DNA of 64,000 bases from Acidimicrobiaceae bacterium. Its GTDB lineage: Bacteria; Actinomycetota; Acidimicrobiia; Acidimicrobiales; RAAP-2. Under the pieces are notes generated by a model. It did not search any database, was not told where the DNA came from, and saw only the letters and a list, made by a program, of their open reading frames with translations. A program made the position numbers and the translations under genes. This document shows, piece after piece, positions 10,144 through 18,768 of the stretch. Where the stretch lies: positions 36,693-100,692 of the forward strand of contig PLKM01000010.1 of NCBI GenBank assembly GCA_003141095.1, written 5' to 3'. Each line of letters starts with the position of its first letter. Within the stretch, counting starts at the first letter, position 1.

Positions 10144-11322
10144 ATGTCACGCAGTGTCATCGTCGCCGGAAGTCGAACCGCTATTGGCAAGCTGTCGGGG
10201 GCCTTTGCCTCCTTGAGCGCGCAAGATCTTGGCGGTGCCGCAATCAGAGGCGTGCTGGAAAGTACCGGACTTGACCCCGCCACCGTTGACGCGGTGCTGA
10301 TGGGCCAGGTGATTCAAGCGGGTCAGGGCCAGATCACGGCACGCCAGGCCGCGGTGAAGGGCGGCGTTCCCATGACCGTGAACGCGACGACCATCAACAA
10401 GGTCTGTCTCTCGGGGCTCCAGACCATTTACCTGGCGGATCTCATGATTCGCGCCGGCGAAGCCGACGTCATCATTGCGGGTGGCATGGAATCGATGACC
10501 AATGCTCCCTACCTCTTGCCCGGTGCGCGCGCGGGCTACCGCATCGGCGATCAGAAGGTCGTCGACTCCATGATGTTCGACGGGCTGACCTGCGCGTTCG
10601 ATCAGTGCGCGATGGGGCTCGCCACCGAGCGCTACAACGCCGGACGCATCACCCGAGCGCGTCAGGATGAGTTCTCCGCCCGCAGCCACCAGCTCGCCGC
10701 CGCGGCAATCGCGTCGGGCAAGTTCGCCGAGGAGATCGTCCCCGTCGCGGTCGCCCAGCGCAAGGGTGACCCGATCATTGTTGGCACCGACGAAGGCGTT
10801 CGCGGCGAAACCACCGCCGAATCGCTCGGACTTCTCCGCGGCGCATTCGAGAAGGACGGTACGATCACCGCCGGAAACGCCTCGCAGATCTCCGACGGTG
10901 GTGCCGCAGTATTGATCATGTCCGAGGAGCGCGCGGCTCAGCTCGGCCTGACGCCAATCGGCGAACTCGTCGGCTACGGACAGGTCGCCGGCCCCGACGC
11001 CTCGCTGCTCAACCAGCCGGCGAACGCGATCACGAAGGCCCTCGCGAAGGCCGGCCTGGATCTGAAGGGCATTGACCTCTTCGAAATCAACGAGGCGTTC
11101 GCGGCGGTGGGGCTTTCCTCGGCCGACGAGCTCGGCATCGACGAGGACAAGATCAACGTCAACGGCGGCGCCATTGCCCTGGGTCACCCCGTGGGCATGT
11201 CGGGCACGCGCCTCGCCATCACCGCCCTCAACGAACTGCGCCGTCGCGGCGGCGGAACCGCAGCGATAGCGCTCTGTGGTGGCGGCGGGCAAGGCGACGC
11301 CGCAATCCTGCGCACGCTCTAG
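10144..11322 (+). CDS. Acetyl-CoA C-acetyltransferase (thiolase)
   Basis: INKVCLSG, FEINEAFA, GGAIALGHPVG, ALCGGGGQG. Confidence 0.95.
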   Translation: MSRSVIVAGSRTAIGKLSGAFASLSAQDLGGAAIRGVLESTGLDPATVDAVLMGQVIQAGQGQITARQAAVKGGVPMTVNATTINKVCLSGLQTIYLADLMIRAGEADVIIAGGMESMTNAPYLLPGARAGYRIGDQKVVDSMMFDGLTCAFDQCAMGLATERYNAGRITRARQDEFSARSHQLAAAAIASGKFAEEIVPVAVAQRKGDPIIVGTDEGVRGETTAESLGLLRGAFEKDGTITAGNASQISDGGAAVLIMSEERAAQLGLTPIGELVGYGQVAGPDASLLNQPANAITKALAKAGLDLKGIDLFEINEAFAAVGLSSADELGIDEDKINVNGGAIALGHPVGMSGTRLAITALNELRRRGGGTAAIALCGGGGQGDAAILRTL

Positions 11323-11834
11323 TCAGGCACGTAACTCGCCACGAGTTCGTAGCGGGCGAGTCCAATCTGCTGATGGTCCGGTAACGCCAGTACGAACGCG
11401 CCGCCGAGCGGGTAGCCCTTCTTGCGCAGCCCCTTCGGCAGATCCGACACGAGGCTGAGCAGCAGTTCGTACACGCTGGGGTTGTGCGCGACTACGAGTA
11501 GCGACGTCGTCACGGGGTCAATCGAGGCGAGGTTGATCAAGAGATCCTCCGCCGTCACCTCGCGACGACCGTTGTAGATCAACTCGCTGAACTCCCTCAC
11601 GCCGGCGAACGGCGTCTCGTCAAAGGCCCGGCGAAACGTCTCTCTCGTTCGTGCCGCGCTACTCACCAGCGCAACCGTCGGTCCGAAGCGACCGAGCTCG
11701 TTCGCGTCAAGGGCCCACCCCCGCAACTGCTTGCACTGCTTTCGGCCGCGTTTACTGAGCTCGCGCTCGAAGTCCGAGCCGCCGTGGGTGGCCGGGGAGG
11801 ATTCGCAGTGGCGAACAATGGTGAGATAACGCAC
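11319..11834 (-). CDS. sixA: SixA-type histidine phosphatase
   Basis: LTIVRHC, DFERELSKRG, VSSAARTRET, VAHNP. Confidence 0.85.
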   Translation of the reverse strand: MRYLTIVRHCESSPATHGGSDFERELSKRGRKQCKQLRGWALDANELGRFGPTVALVSSAARTRETFRRAFDETPFAGVREFSELIYNGRREVTAEDLLINLASIDPVTTSLLVVAHNPSVYELLLSLVSDLPKGLRKKGYPLGGAFVLALPDHQQIGLARYELVASYVPD

Positions 11835-11895
11835 CTTCCCAGTCTGGCCGATAGAAGCGCTCCGTCGATGACCTCGCGTGGTTTAGCGTTGGGGT

Positions 11896-12795
11896 ATGCA
11901 CGCCTCGTTGACATACTTCCAAGCAATCGTGATGGGTTTAGTGCAGGGAATCACGGAACTGTTCCCCGTTTCGAGCCTCGGTCACGGGGTGCTGCTGCCG
12001 GCGCTGCTCGGGTGGCACAACCTCGTCAACAGCCAGTCCACGTCGCAGTCCTTCTTTCTCGTGTTTCTCGTGGGCCTCCACGTGGGCACCGCCATCGGGC
12101 TTATCGTCTACTACCGCAAGACCTGGCTCGCTCTCCTGCGCGGACTGATCGTGCAGCTCTCCGGTGTGCGCGAGAACGGGGTGAGTTCCCTCTGGCAACT
12201 CCGTGATCCCGCCATGGACGAGAACTACCGCCTGCTGTTCGTGCTCGCCCTGGGCAGCGTACCCGTCGGTATCGCCGGTGTCCTGCTCGAGCATCAGCTG
12301 CGCGTCCTTTTCGACAAGCCACTCGCTGCAGCGATCTTCTTGACCATCAACGGCGTGATTCTGCTCGCCGGTGAACGCCTCCTTCGATCGCGCGGGCGCC
12401 ACGCCAAGTACCAGCAGCTCGATTCGATCAGCCCGCTGAGCGCCCTCGCCATTGGCTCATCGCAGATTCTCGCCCTGTTCGCCGGTATTTCGCGCAGTGG
12501 CGTGACCATGGTGTCGGGCCTCGTGGGCGGACTCGACCACGACGAATCGGCAAACTTCGCGTTCCTGCTCGCCACCCCCGTGATCCTCCTGGCTGGTCTC
12601 TACAAACTGCCCCAGTTGATGGGTTCGTTGGGTGACGGCGTGCGGCTGCAGACCCTCGTGGGGGCGCTCTGCGCGATGGTCGCCGCGTACGTGGCCGTGC
12701 GATTCCTCACCAAGTGGTTCACGACCAAGACGCTCGTTCCCTTCGGGATCTACTGCCTCGTGGCGGGTCTGCTCTGCGTTGTTCGCTTCGCCTAA
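11896..12795 (+). CDS. uppP: Undecaprenyl-diphosphate phosphatase
   Basis: QGITELFPVSSLGH, LHVGT, GISRSG. Confidence 0.93.
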   Translation: MHASLTYFQAIVMGLVQGITELFPVSSLGHGVLLPALLGWHNLVNSQSTSQSFFLVFLVGLHVGTAIGLIVYYRKTWLALLRGLIVQLSGVRENGVSSLWQLRDPAMDENYRLLFVLALGSVPVGIAGVLLEHQLRVLFDKPLAAAIFLTINGVILLAGERLLRSRGRHAKYQQLDSISPLSALAIGSSQILALFAGISRSGVTMVSGLVGGLDHDESANFAFLLATPVILLAGLYKLPQLMGSLGDGVRLQTLVGALCAMVAAYVAVRFLTKWFTTKTLVPFGIYCLVAGLLCVVRFA

Positions 12796-13394
12796 TCGGC
12801 GAGAACGCGACGTCCGTCAATTGCTCTGCCGAGCGTCAGGTCGTCGGCGAACTCCAGATCGCCGCCGACCGGCAGACCGCTCGCCGGTTGGGAAATGACG
12901 AGCCCCGGCGCCTGCAGCAGACGACTTAGATACATCGCGGTGGCGTCACCCTCGACGTTCGAATTGAAGCAAAGAATGACTTCCTTGATCGGTCCATTCA
13001 GTCGCCGTACCAATTCTTGAATACGCAGTCGGTCGGGGGTGACTCCTTCGAGAGGATTGAGCACACCGTGCAGGACGTGATACGTCCCGCGAAAAGCGCC
13101 CGAACGCTCCACGGCGACGACATCCGGCGGATTCTCCACGACGCAGATCGTTGTTTGGTCGCGCCGATCGTCGGCGCAGATGGGACACAGCCCGCCGGTC
13201 TCGGCGATATTGCAGCAACGCTCGCAGAAGGAAAGCTTGGTCTTCATCTCCTCGAGCGAATTGGCCAGGCGGGTTACGTCCTCATTCGGCTGACGCATCA
13301 GCCAAAAGGCAATTCGCTGCGCCGACTTCGGACCCACGCCGGGAAATCGACCAAGTTCGTCGACGACCGCCTGCAGCGGTGGCGGGTAACTCAC
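12792..13394 (-). CDS. recR: Recombination mediator RecR
   Basis: PGVGPKSAQRIA, C4 zinc finger, YHVLHG, GGDLEFAD. Confidence 0.97.
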   Translation of the reverse strand: MSYPPPLQAVVDELGRFPGVGPKSAQRIAFWLMRQPNEDVTRLANSLEEMKTKLSFCERCCNIAETGGLCPICADDRRDQTTICVVENPPDVVAVERSGAFRGTYHVLHGVLNPLEGVTPDRLRIQELVRRLNGPIKEVILCFNSNVEGDATAMYLSRLLQAPGLVISQPASGLPVGGDLEFADDLTLGRAIDGRRVLAD

Positions 13395-15082
13395 GAGATC
13401 TCCTCGGCGCCGGGGAACATCTCGGTAATGAGGTGATTCGCCGCCGACTGCACGACAATGGAGCTCTCGTCGGGCGAGTAGTCCTCGTCGACAACACCTT
13501 CCGGCGCCGGTCGGTGCGCGGGACGCTGCGTCGGAGCGGGCGTGGCAGTCAACAGCGCCGGGTCAACTGTCCATTCAACCACGAGCGTGGTCTTGAACTC
13601 ATGGTCCATCGCTCCGCGAAGTCCTTGGGAGATCATCTCGGTGTTCTGTCGCATCTCCTCGCTGGGCAGGGCAATCGTGAGCCGTTGACCGTCGAGGGCG
13701 CGGACTTGGGCGGCCTTCAACAGCAGCTGAGCGGCTCGCGATGTTCTTGGCACGACGCGCTGGAAAAAGCGTTCCCGCACGTCCTCCAGATTGAGTTGGT
13801 CCGGCTGAACGAGTGACGCGGGGGCCGGTTCTTGGGCTACGCGCTTCGAGACCTCCGGTTCGGGCTGGGACGGATCGACGGGAAATGTCTCGTTTGTTGA
13901 ACCAATCGGTCGCAGCACTGGCGCCGGCGGTGCGGGGACCGGCGCGCTGCGCACGACTCCCCTCTCGAGTTTGGTCACCCGTTCATTCAACGCATCGAGC
14001 GAAGCGTCGAGCTCGGGCTTGATGAGTCGGATCAGGGCCACCTCGAGGATGACGATCTTTTCGGGGGCACTCTTCATTTCGCGCATCGAGCGCCCAATGG
14101 TCTCAAGTACCCGCACCGTTCGCGCGAGTCCCAACTTCTCACCCCACGCACTCAGTCGTACGCGATCGGCGTCAACGGCGTCGGCGACCTCGGGTGCCAC
14201 CTGCAGCAAGAAGACCTGTCGCACTTCTCCCGCGAAGTTCTCCGCCAACTGCTCCGCATCCCAACCATCTTGACGAAGCATCGCGAGCGACTTCAATGCT
14301 TCAACCGGATCTTCGTTGACCAGTGCACGAAAGAGCCCGTCGAACTCCGGCTGGGTCTCGGTGATCGAACCCGTCGCGAGCAGTTGGTCCAGGGCGCTCA
14401 ACGCGTCACGGGCCGAGCCGCGTCCGAGCCGGACCGCCGCGTCAATGGTCGCTTCGTCCGCGCCCAGGCCCGCGGCACCCTGCACGTCGTGCAAGAGCGA
14501 ACTCAGGGTGTCGCCCCCGATGAGACGGAATTCCAGGTGCTGCGTACGCGAACGGATCGTGGGCAGCACCTTGTGGGGATCGGTGGTGGCGAGGACGAAC
14601 ACGACGTGCTGGGGTGGCTCTTCGAGCGTCTTGAGCAAGGCCGCCGAGGCGGCCTTCGAGAGCTGGTGGACCTCGTCGAAGATGTACACCTTCCAGCGAC
14701 CGGGCGTGACGTGCCAGGCTCCCGCGGTGATTTCTCGAATGTCGTCGACGCCGTTATTCGATGCGGCGTCGAGCTCGATGACGTCAAGTGAGGATCCCCT
14801 GGTGATCGCCACGCAGCTCGCGCACTCGTTGCACGCGTCGCCATCAACGGGGTGCTCGCAGTTAAGGGCCTTGGCCAGAATTCGAGCCGTCGTGGTTTTG
14901 CCCGTCCCTCGGGGACCCGAAAACAGATAGGCGTGCGAGACCCGATCGTTCCTCACCGCTCCTTGCAGGGCGCGCACGACGTGATCCTGCCCCCGCAGCT
15001 CGCAGAATCGACCGGGGCGGAAACGACGGTAGAGGGAGGTCACTCCGTCGAGCGAAGTGGGGGTTGGAGTCGCATCAGCCAT
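13391..15082 (-). CDS. dnaX: DNA polymerase III gamma/tau
   Basis: LYRRFRP, FSGPRGTGKTT, CNECASC, DAASNNGVDDIR, FDEVHQL. Confidence 0.97.
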   Translation of the reverse strand: MADATPTPTSLDGVTSLYRRFRPGRFCELRGQDHVVRALQGAVRNDRVSHAYLFSGPRGTGKTTTARILAKALNCEHPVDGDACNECASCVAITRGSSLDVIELDAASNNGVDDIREITAGAWHVTPGRWKVYIFDEVHQLSKAASAALLKTLEEPPQHVVFVLATTDPHKVLPTIRSRTQHLEFRLIGGDTLSSLLHDVQGAAGLGADEATIDAAVRLGRGSARDALSALDQLLATGSITETQPEFDGLFRALVNEDPVEALKSLAMLRQDGWDAEQLAENFAGEVRQVFLLQVAPEVADAVDADRVRLSAWGEKLGLARTVRVLETIGRSMREMKSAPEKIVILEVALIRLIKPELDASLDALNERVTKLERGVVRSAPVPAPPAPVLRPIGSTNETFPVDPSQPEPEVSKRVAQEPAPASLVQPDQLNLEDVRERFFQRVVPRTSRAAQLLLKAAQVRALDGQRLTIALPSEEMRQNTEMISQGLRGAMDHEFKTTLVVEWTVDPALLTATPAPTQRPAHRPAPEGVVDEDYSPDESSIVVQSAANHLITEMFPGAEEIS

Positions 15083-15110
15083 GCACGCATGCTAACGGTG
15101 CCCTGTGAGG

Positions 15111-15244
15111 TGCCGAGGTCCAAAGCGATGGTCAGGCGATCCGTGGCACCCGACACAATCCGCTGAGAGCTGCTGGCTTCCACCCCTGACTCGGTTCACG
15201 AACGGTCGTCGCACGGGACCCGACCACCGCTTTGGACCTCGGCA
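15111..15244 (-). ncRNA. ffs: SRP RNA (4.5S-type) with a long closing helix
   Basis: The minus strand carries GAACCGAGTCAGGGGTGGAAGCCAGCAGC, matching the helix-8 TCAGG..GGAA..AGCAGC pattern. It sits in the usual position upstream of dnaX and has complementary ends. Boundaries are approximate. Confidence 0.85.
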
Positions 15245-15249
15245 TCAAA

Positions 15250-15290
15250 AAGGTTACCGGACGGACACCTGGTCCGTCTCGGGTAGCCTT
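15250..15290. promoter_or_regulatory. Imperfect inverted repeat between the divergent ffs and tRNA-Ser genes
   Basis: AAGGTTACC..GGACGGAC / GTCCGTC..GGGTAGCCTT. Each outer arm contains a -10-like hexamer (TAACCT on minus, TAGCCT on plus). Confidence 0.4.
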
Positions 15291-15331
15291 GCAAGCCGGT
15301 ATTCATTTCGCTGAGCGGGCGGCGAAATCCG

Positions 15332-15419
15332 GGAGGAGTGCGAGAGCGGCCGAATCGGCACGATTGGAAATCGTGTGAAGGGAAACCTTCCGTGGGTTCA
15401 AATCCCACCTCCTCCGCCA
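15332..15419 (+). tRNA. tRNA-Ser(GGA)
   Basis: GGAGGAG/CTCCTCC acceptor stem, CACGA-TTGGAAA-TCGTG anticodon arm, long variable arm, GGTTCAAATCC, encoded CCA. Confidence 0.96.
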
Positions 15420-15444
15420 TGGTGAAATTGTCGTGAAGCCAGAA

Positions 15445-15482
15445 GTTAAAGCCTCGTGCCGTAACTGACACGAGGCTTTAAC
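15445..15482 (+). terminator. Hairpin terminator after tRNA-Ser(GGA)
   Basis: Perfect 14-bp stem GTTAAAGCCTCGTG/CACGAGGCTTTAAC with a 10-nt loop. Confidence 0.75.
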
Positions 15483-15608
15483 CTCTCACTTCTACCGTGA
15501 GGCCATGACATCGATTCCCAGACCTGAGCGGTTGACTCACTACCCGGGCCCTGACAACGGTGACCGAGTTCGCTCGTCCTTGATTGGCGGCTTCGAGCGG
15601 CGTCCGGC

Positions 15609-17255
15609 ATGAGTGCACCCGCGACCGTCGAAGAGTTGTTCGCTCTCTACGAAGCGAAAGGGCACCGACGCTACGGCGAACGTGTGTCGGCGCTCGAGCA
15701 CGCCCTGCAGTGCGCGGCCCTCGCTCGCGCGGACGGCGCCACTGACGTGCTGATTGCCGCCGCACTCTTTCACGACGTGGGCTGGCTGGTGGATGGCGGG
15801 TCCGGCGATGAGGATTCCACACCCGCGCTTGATCATGGCCATGCGGCACTCGGCGCTCGCATCCTCTCGCCAATTCTTGGCCCTTCGGTCGCCCAACCTG
15901 TCGCACTGCACGTCACCGCGAAACGCTGGCGATGCACCATTGAGCCGACCTATTACCGCCAGCTTTCGCCCGCGTCCCAGGAGACGTTCAAGGCTCAGGG
16001 CGGGTACTTGAACTCCGACGAGCGCACTCGCTTTGAGTCGCACCCCGGCTTCGAGACCGCCTTGGCGCTGCGTTCGTGGGACGACGCCGGCAAGGCACCA
16101 GGGCTCGATGTCGGCACTTTGCGTGATTACGAGGTCCTCGCGAAAGCGCTGGCAACTGAGACGCCGGGGCCAACCGCGCAACTGCCGTTCCCGCCACTCT
16201 GGCTACGCGACAACTGTCCCTGCCAGAGTTGTCACGATCCGCTGAGCAACCAGAAGCTCTTCCAGGTCACCGATCTGCCCGACGGGCTTTCGGTGGCGGA
16301 CGTCCAAGTGACCGGCGACGAGGTCAGCATGACGTTTCTGCCCGATGGTCACCGCTCGGTGTTCTCGCGCGATTGGCTCTCATCACAGGGGCCGAGCGCG
16401 CGTGACGATGGTCGTACCGAGAAGGACAAGCAACTTTGGCGGGCTCGAGACCTCGAGGAAACCCCCCAGCGTGCCGACTGGTCCTCGTACCGCGACGACG
16501 AACATGAACGCCTTCGCGTTCTTCGCGGGATCGAGCGTGTCGGATTCGCGGTCCTTCGCGCCACGCCGACGGCTGATCGGACAGTGTTGGATATCGCACG
16601 GACCTTCGGGTACGTACGCGAGACAAACTACGGCGAGCTGTTCGATGTACGCGTTGAACCCACTCCGAACAATCTCGCCTTTACCGGAGTCGCAATCTCT
16701 CCCCATACGGACAACCCGTACTGGGATCCGGTGCCGACGATGCAGCTTCTCCACTGCCTGTCGAACGACGTCGACGGTGGTGAGTCGGGTCTCGTTGATG
16801 GCTTTCTGGCGTCCGTGATCCTTCGCGACGAGCACCCGAAATACTTTGACGTTCTCGCCGGCACGCCGGTGACCTTCGCCTGGGCCGACGAGCATAATTC
16901 CCTACGAGCGCGGCGCCCCCTGATCGAACTGGACCCGCTCGGTCGCGTGCGCGGCGTGCGCTTCAACAATCGATCAATGCAAGCATTACAGCTCGACTTC
17001 GACGACACGGTCGAGTACTACGACGCCTACCGATGCTTCGCTCAGATCGTCGCACGACGTGACCTTCTGCTGACCTTTCGCCTCGAGCCGGGCGACTGTC
17101 TGATCTTTGACAACACTCGGCTCCTCCACGCCCGTACGGCGTTCATCGAGTCGAGCACGGGCAAGCGCCATCTGCAGGGCTGCTACACCGATCTGGACGG
17201 GCTGGCGAGCACCATCGCCGTGCTCGAGCGAGCCGGCGGAGTTCGCCATGGCTGA
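15609..17255 (+). CDS. Fusion of a PhnZ/TmpB-like HD diiron oxygenase and a GBBH/TmpA-like Fe(II)/2OG dioxygenase
   Basis: N-terminal ~185 aa: EHALQ, FHD, HVTAKR, QGG, LRSWDD. Then WLRDNCPCQSC (GBBH Zn domain), HTDNPY, DNTRLLHAR and RHLQGCY. Confidence 0.88.
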   Translation: MSAPATVEELFALYEAKGHRRYGERVSALEHALQCAALARADGATDVLIAAALFHDVGWLVDGGSGDEDSTPALDHGHAALGARILSPILGPSVAQPVALHVTAKRWRCTIEPTYYRQLSPASQETFKAQGGYLNSDERTRFESHPGFETALALRSWDDAGKAPGLDVGTLRDYEVLAKALATETPGPTAQLPFPPLWLRDNCPCQSCHDPLSNQKLFQVTDLPDGLSVADVQVTGDEVSMTFLPDGHRSVFSRDWLSSQGPSARDDGRTEKDKQLWRARDLEETPQRADWSSYRDDEHERLRVLRGIERVGFAVLRATPTADRTVLDIARTFGYVRETNYGELFDVRVEPTPNNLAFTGVAISPHTDNPYWDPVPTMQLLHCLSNDVDGGESGLVDGFLASVILRDEHPKYFDVLAGTPVTFAWADEHNSLRARRPLIELDPLGRVRGVRFNNRSMQALQLDFDDTVEYYDAYRCFAQIVARRDLLLTFRLEPGDCLIFDNTRLLHARTAFIESSTGKRHLQGCYTDLDGLASTIAVLERAGGVRHG

Positions 17256-17452
17256 AATGCTTCGAGGGCTCGTCGAAGGTTGGACGAGCCAGGTCACCCG
17301 CTCGGATCATCGGAGGCTTCAATGTCGACGCCCCTGATGCAACCGCCGGGTTTCGTAAGTACCCGTTGCATTAAATTTCCGTGACTTCACCGGCAGAGAC
17401 CTCGTTCCAGTTCCGACACCAGGTTTTCACCTTCCACCCGTACCATGAGGGC

Positions 17453-18211
17453 ATGGTTCCAATCCTCAGCAGCGAGCTGCGCGAGCACTATCGGCATCAC
17501 GGATGGCTGCTGGTCGATGACGCGCTCGAGATCTCGGTGGACGAGTTGCGCGCCGAGGTCGACGAAATCGCGTCATGGGACGAGTCGGGCGAGTGGCTGC
17601 ACCACTTCGAAATGACCGACCGTGGTCGCCAACTCGCTCGAACCGAGAACTTCACGCCGTTCTCCCCCCGCCTGCGCGAACTCCTGGGCGCCGGCACGAT
17701 CAGTCGGATTGCGAGCGAACTGCTCGGCGAAGAGGCGCTGCTCTACAAGGAGAAAATTAACTATAAGTTGGCGGGGGGCGCCGGCTTCTCCCCTCATCAG
17801 GACAAGCCGGCGTACCCGTTCGTGGACGTCGTGCTGAGCGTCATGGTGGCAGTCGACGACGCCACCGTCGAGAACGGGTGCCTCTACGTCGCTTCCGGAT
17901 GGCACCATGATCTCCTCGACCAGGACGAGCGAGGCTGCCTGAGCCCAGCGGTCGTCGAGCACCTGGACTGGCGGCCGGCCCCGTTGCGGGCCGGGCAGAC
18001 CCTGTTCTTTCACGCGCTCACGCCTCACCGCAGCGGACCCAACTCGTCAACTCGTGATCGTCGGGCGCTCTACCCCACGTACAACGGAGTTTCCGAAGGT
18101 GATCTGCGTGATGCGTACTACGCTGCGAAAATCGAGGCGTTCCAACACCCCGACGAGGGCGATCGAGTCCGTTTGTCCCTTATTGGCGATTTTGAAGGGC
18201 GGCCCGCATGA
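17453..18211 (+). CDS. phnY: PhnY-like phytanoyl-CoA dioxygenase family protein (phosphonate C1 hydroxylase)
   Basis: LYKEKINYKLAGGAGFSPHQD and TPHRSGPN..RRALY; overlaps the phnZ start by 4 bp. Start 17453 or 17381. Confidence 0.8.
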   Translation: MVPILSSELREHYRHHGWLLVDDALEISVDELRAEVDEIASWDESGEWLHHFEMTDRGRQLARTENFTPFSPRLRELLGAGTISRIASELLGEEALLYKEKINYKLAGGAGFSPHQDKPAYPFVDVVLSVMVAVDDATVENGCLYVASGWHHDLLDQDERGCLSPAVVEHLDWRPAPLRAGQTLFFHALTPHRSGPNSSTRDRRALYPTYNGVSEGDLRDAYYAAKIEAFQHPDEGDRVRLSLIGDFEGRPA

Positions 18212-18768
18212 ACACTCCGAACACCGTTGAGGATCTCTTCGCCCTCTACGAGTCAAAGGGTGACGAGCACTACGGCGAGTTCATCACCCAGACCGAGCAC
18301 GCCCTACAATGCGCGGCTCTCGCGCGGCGCGACGGCGCCACCGACGCGCTCGTAGTTGCGGCCCTCTTTCACGACGTTGGCCACTTGGTGGCCGACACGC
18401 AAAGCAACGACCGTATCGATCTCGCCGACGAGGACGACGACCATGAGCAGGTCGGCGCTCGAATTCTTTCGCCGATCCTTGGTCCCGCGGTCGCCCAGCC
18501 GGTGGCACTGCACGTCACCGCCAAGCGCTGGCGCTGCACGATCGACCCCACGTACCACGCTCAGTTGTCGCCCACCTCCCAAGCAACGCTGAAGGCCCAG
18601 GGCGGACTGCTGAGCCCCGAGGAGTGCGCCCGCTTCGAGGCTCACCCGGGCTTCGAAAGCGCCTTGGCGCTGCGGTCGTGGGACGACGCGGGAAAGGCCC
18701 CCGGACTCGAGGTCGGCGTACTGCGCGACTACGAGGGCCTGGTCAGGGTGCTGGCCGACGCTCGGTGA
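18208..18768 (+). CDS. phnZ: PhnZ-like HD-domain diiron oxygenase (C-P cleavage)
   Basis: YGE, TQTEHALQ, FHDVGH, DHE, LHVTAKR, QGG, LRSWDD; translationally coupled to phnY. Confidence 0.85.
   Translation: MNTPNTVEDLFALYESKGDEHYGEFITQTEHALQCAALARRDGATDALVVAALFHDVGHLVADTQSNDRIDLADEDDDHEQVGARILSPILGPAVAQPVALHVTAKRWRCTIDPTYHAQLSPTSQATLKAQGGLLSPEECARFEAHPGFESALALRSWDDAGKAPGLEVGVLRDYEGLVRVLADAR

Noticed and set aside
15415-17258. CGCCATGGTGAAAT at the tRNA-Ser(GGA) 3' end resembles CGCCATGGCTGAAAT at the end of the fusion gene, with the same 5+9 geometry as the casposon TSD.
   Set aside because: It needs a 1-nt gap, the second copy lies in coding sequence, and there are no inverted repeats inside. 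Treated as chance unless an empty site is found.
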